From positions 480,001 to 544,000 of the forward strand of contig CAWFFN010000012.1 in the NCBI GenBank assembly GCA_963815115.1: a DNA stretch of 64,000 nucleotides, given 5' to 3'. The notes under the pieces were generated by a model. That model saw only the letters and a list, made by a program, of their open reading frames with translations. It searched no databases and was not told the origin of the DNA. A program made the translations under genes and the position numbers. Origin of the DNA: an uncultured delta proteobacterium (GTDB lineage Bacteria > Desulfobacterota > Binatia > DP-6). Below, piece after piece: positions 62,652 through 64,000 of the stretch. How positions within the stretch are numbered: the stretch's first letter is position 1; each line of letters starts with the position of its first letter.

Positions 62652-62874
62652 CCGGGCTCGGCAGCCTTAGCCGAAGACGGGCGGGACTACCACGCGCAGA
62701 GTCACGCATCCGGCGTCGGGAGCCGTGCGCGCCGATCCAGAACAACCTGCAGTGCTGCGCGCCGTCGTCGCGGTGATGCGGGAACCGTATCTGCTGCGCC
62801 TCGGCGATTCCGGGCTCGCTGCGGAGCTGCGTCCCGGGCTTCCTGTGCATCCACTGATGGGGTCAGGGAAGCCG

Positions 62875-63166
62875 TCAGCTTCCGAGCAGGTGGACCAGCT
62901 TCCGCCGCCGTACCTTGCGCGCGGCCCGGGCGTCGGCGGTCAACCAGACGCCGTCACCCATCGCCGCCGCGGCGAGGTAGATGGCGTCATATCCGGTGAC
63001 CCCCCAGTCGCAGGCGAAGCGGCCGCTGTAGCGAGCACGTCGTGACCGTTCCCGATGCGGACCAGGCCGAGAGATCGATCAGCGCCAGCGCCACGCTCAC
63101 CTGATCGCCTGTGGCTCCCGGCAGGCGGGCGAGCACGAGGGATACGGACGCGTCGAGGACGATCAC
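62875..63166 (-). pseudogene. Disrupted PIN-domain (VapC) toxin
   Basis: GTGA-coupled start VIVLDASV. The C-terminal VTGYDAIYLAAA..WLTAD lies in another frame; at least two frameshifts and an apparent internal deletion. Confidence 0.75.
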
Positions 63167-63435
63167 GCGCGACCGGTGCGTAGATCACGGAGCAGATCGA
63201 GCGTGGTCCGCCTCTTCGGCGCCGTGAACTCAGCGGCCTTGATCCGAGCGACGATGGCAAGGCGGCGCTCGTCGGTGTCGCGCTCCGCAAAGCGCTCCCG
63301 GTAGTCGTGCAGGGAGATCAGGACAGCCGCGGGCTGCCGGCCGCGCTGGACCAGGATCGGCGCACCGCCACGTTCCAGTCGCCGTAGCACCCGACCGAGC
63401 GACTGGCGCAGCTCGAGGGCGTTCACGGACTTCAT
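63163..63435 (-). CDS. Phd/YefM-family antitoxin
   Basis: MKSVNALELRQSLGRVL..PILVQRGRQPAAVLIS; 90 aa; coupled to the PIN gene. Confidence 0.88.
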   Translation of the reverse strand: MKSVNALELRQSLGRVLRRLERGGAPILVQRGRQPAAVLISLHDYRERFAERDTDERRLAIVARIKAAEFTAPKRRTTLDLLRDLRTGRA

Positions 63436-63479
63436 AAGCCTGACATAGGGCTTGCACACAGCCGGGTGTCAACGTGCTG

Positions 63480-64000
63480 TCAGCCAGGCGGCGGCCCCGG
63501 AAACTGCGGCAGGTCATCGTCGATGTCGAACCACGACGCCTTCGAGTCGACGAAGATGTGTCGTTCGGGCCGGACGCCGGGATCGTCGTCGAGCGCGCCC
63601 ATCGGGACGACCGCGATGTTCCGCTCGCGATCGAAGCGCGGCAGCTTCGAGCCGCAGCGACGGCAGAAGACGCTCGAGAAGAACCGAGCCTCCGGGACCT
63701 TGTACGACTCGAGCAGCTCCTCGCCGGCGGTGATGCGCACGCCGTCGAAGCTGGTGAAGAGGTTCGACCCGTGGGCGGCGCCGCGCGCCTTGCGGCAGCG
63801 CTGGCAGTGACAGTTCTGGACGCGCAGCGGCTCGCCCTCGATGACGAAGGTGACCCCGCCGCAGAGGCAGCTCCCGCGCGGCTTGCCGGTGGCGCCGGCG
63901 CGGGGAGGGATGTCGGGCAGCACTGCGGTGTCGACGCCCGGGGGGTAGGCCTCCCAGGTCGGCAGCCCCGGCGGGATGTCGTACCAGGGCGCCTTCGAGC
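63480..64000 (-). CDS. GFA/CENP-V family protein with tandem domains; 5' end outside the window
   Basis: GSCLCGGV, CHCQRCRK, FCRRCGS, HIFVDSKASWF. The upstream in-frame SKAPWYDIPPGLP is the end of a preceding GFA domain. Confidence 0.88.
   Translation of the reverse strand, partial: SKAPWYDIPPGLPTWEAYPPGVDTAVLPDIPPRAGATGKPRGSCLCGGVTFVIEGEPLRVQNCHCQRCRKARGAAHGSNLFTSFDGVRITAGEELLESYKVPEARFFSSVFCRRCGSKLPRFDRERNIAVVPMGALDDDPGVRPERHIFVDSKASWFDIDDDLPQFPGPPPG

Noticed and set aside
62770-62880. Cobalamin-riboswitch-like words (GGGAA...CCACTG...GGGAAG)
   Set aside because: Other core elements are missing, and no plus-strand gene lies downstream.

Overview
Very GC-rich bacterial DNA, densely coding, with about 60 genes. 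No rRNA, tRNA, CRISPR array, integrase or transposase was recognised. The gene repertoire (TolC/HlyD, sigma54 systems, many Cys-rich secreted proteins) suggests a diderm deltaproteobacteria-like organism, possibly Candidatus Binatota; this is an inference. At least five otherwise intact genes are broken by single-base indels, mostly in short G/C runs, which points to uncorrected long-read errors. Housekeeping content includes hppA, crcB, fur, addB/addA, sod, the gnd-zwf-tal-pgi operon, an mltB-like gene, GST, BCP and a TetR-TolC-HlyD-ABC efflux operon. The most striking feature is a compact 10-gene plus-strand operon at 16383-23470. It joins a trans-prenyl diphosphate synthase, a CrtC/tocopherol-cyclase-like enzyme, an SCP2 lipid carrier and a SAM methyltransferase to six unannotatable proteins without signal peptides. 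Several of these look like paralogous Ig-like beta-sandwich proteins, and one is rich in Cys and His. This is a candidate undescribed isoprenoid-product plus protein-scaffold system. Also notable are two divergently oriented sulfatase paralogs lacking the catalytic-motif Arg, a secreted protein with a recent ~0.79 kb internal duplication, a recurrent C-terminal surface-protein module, and a decayed VapC toxin next to an intact antitoxin.
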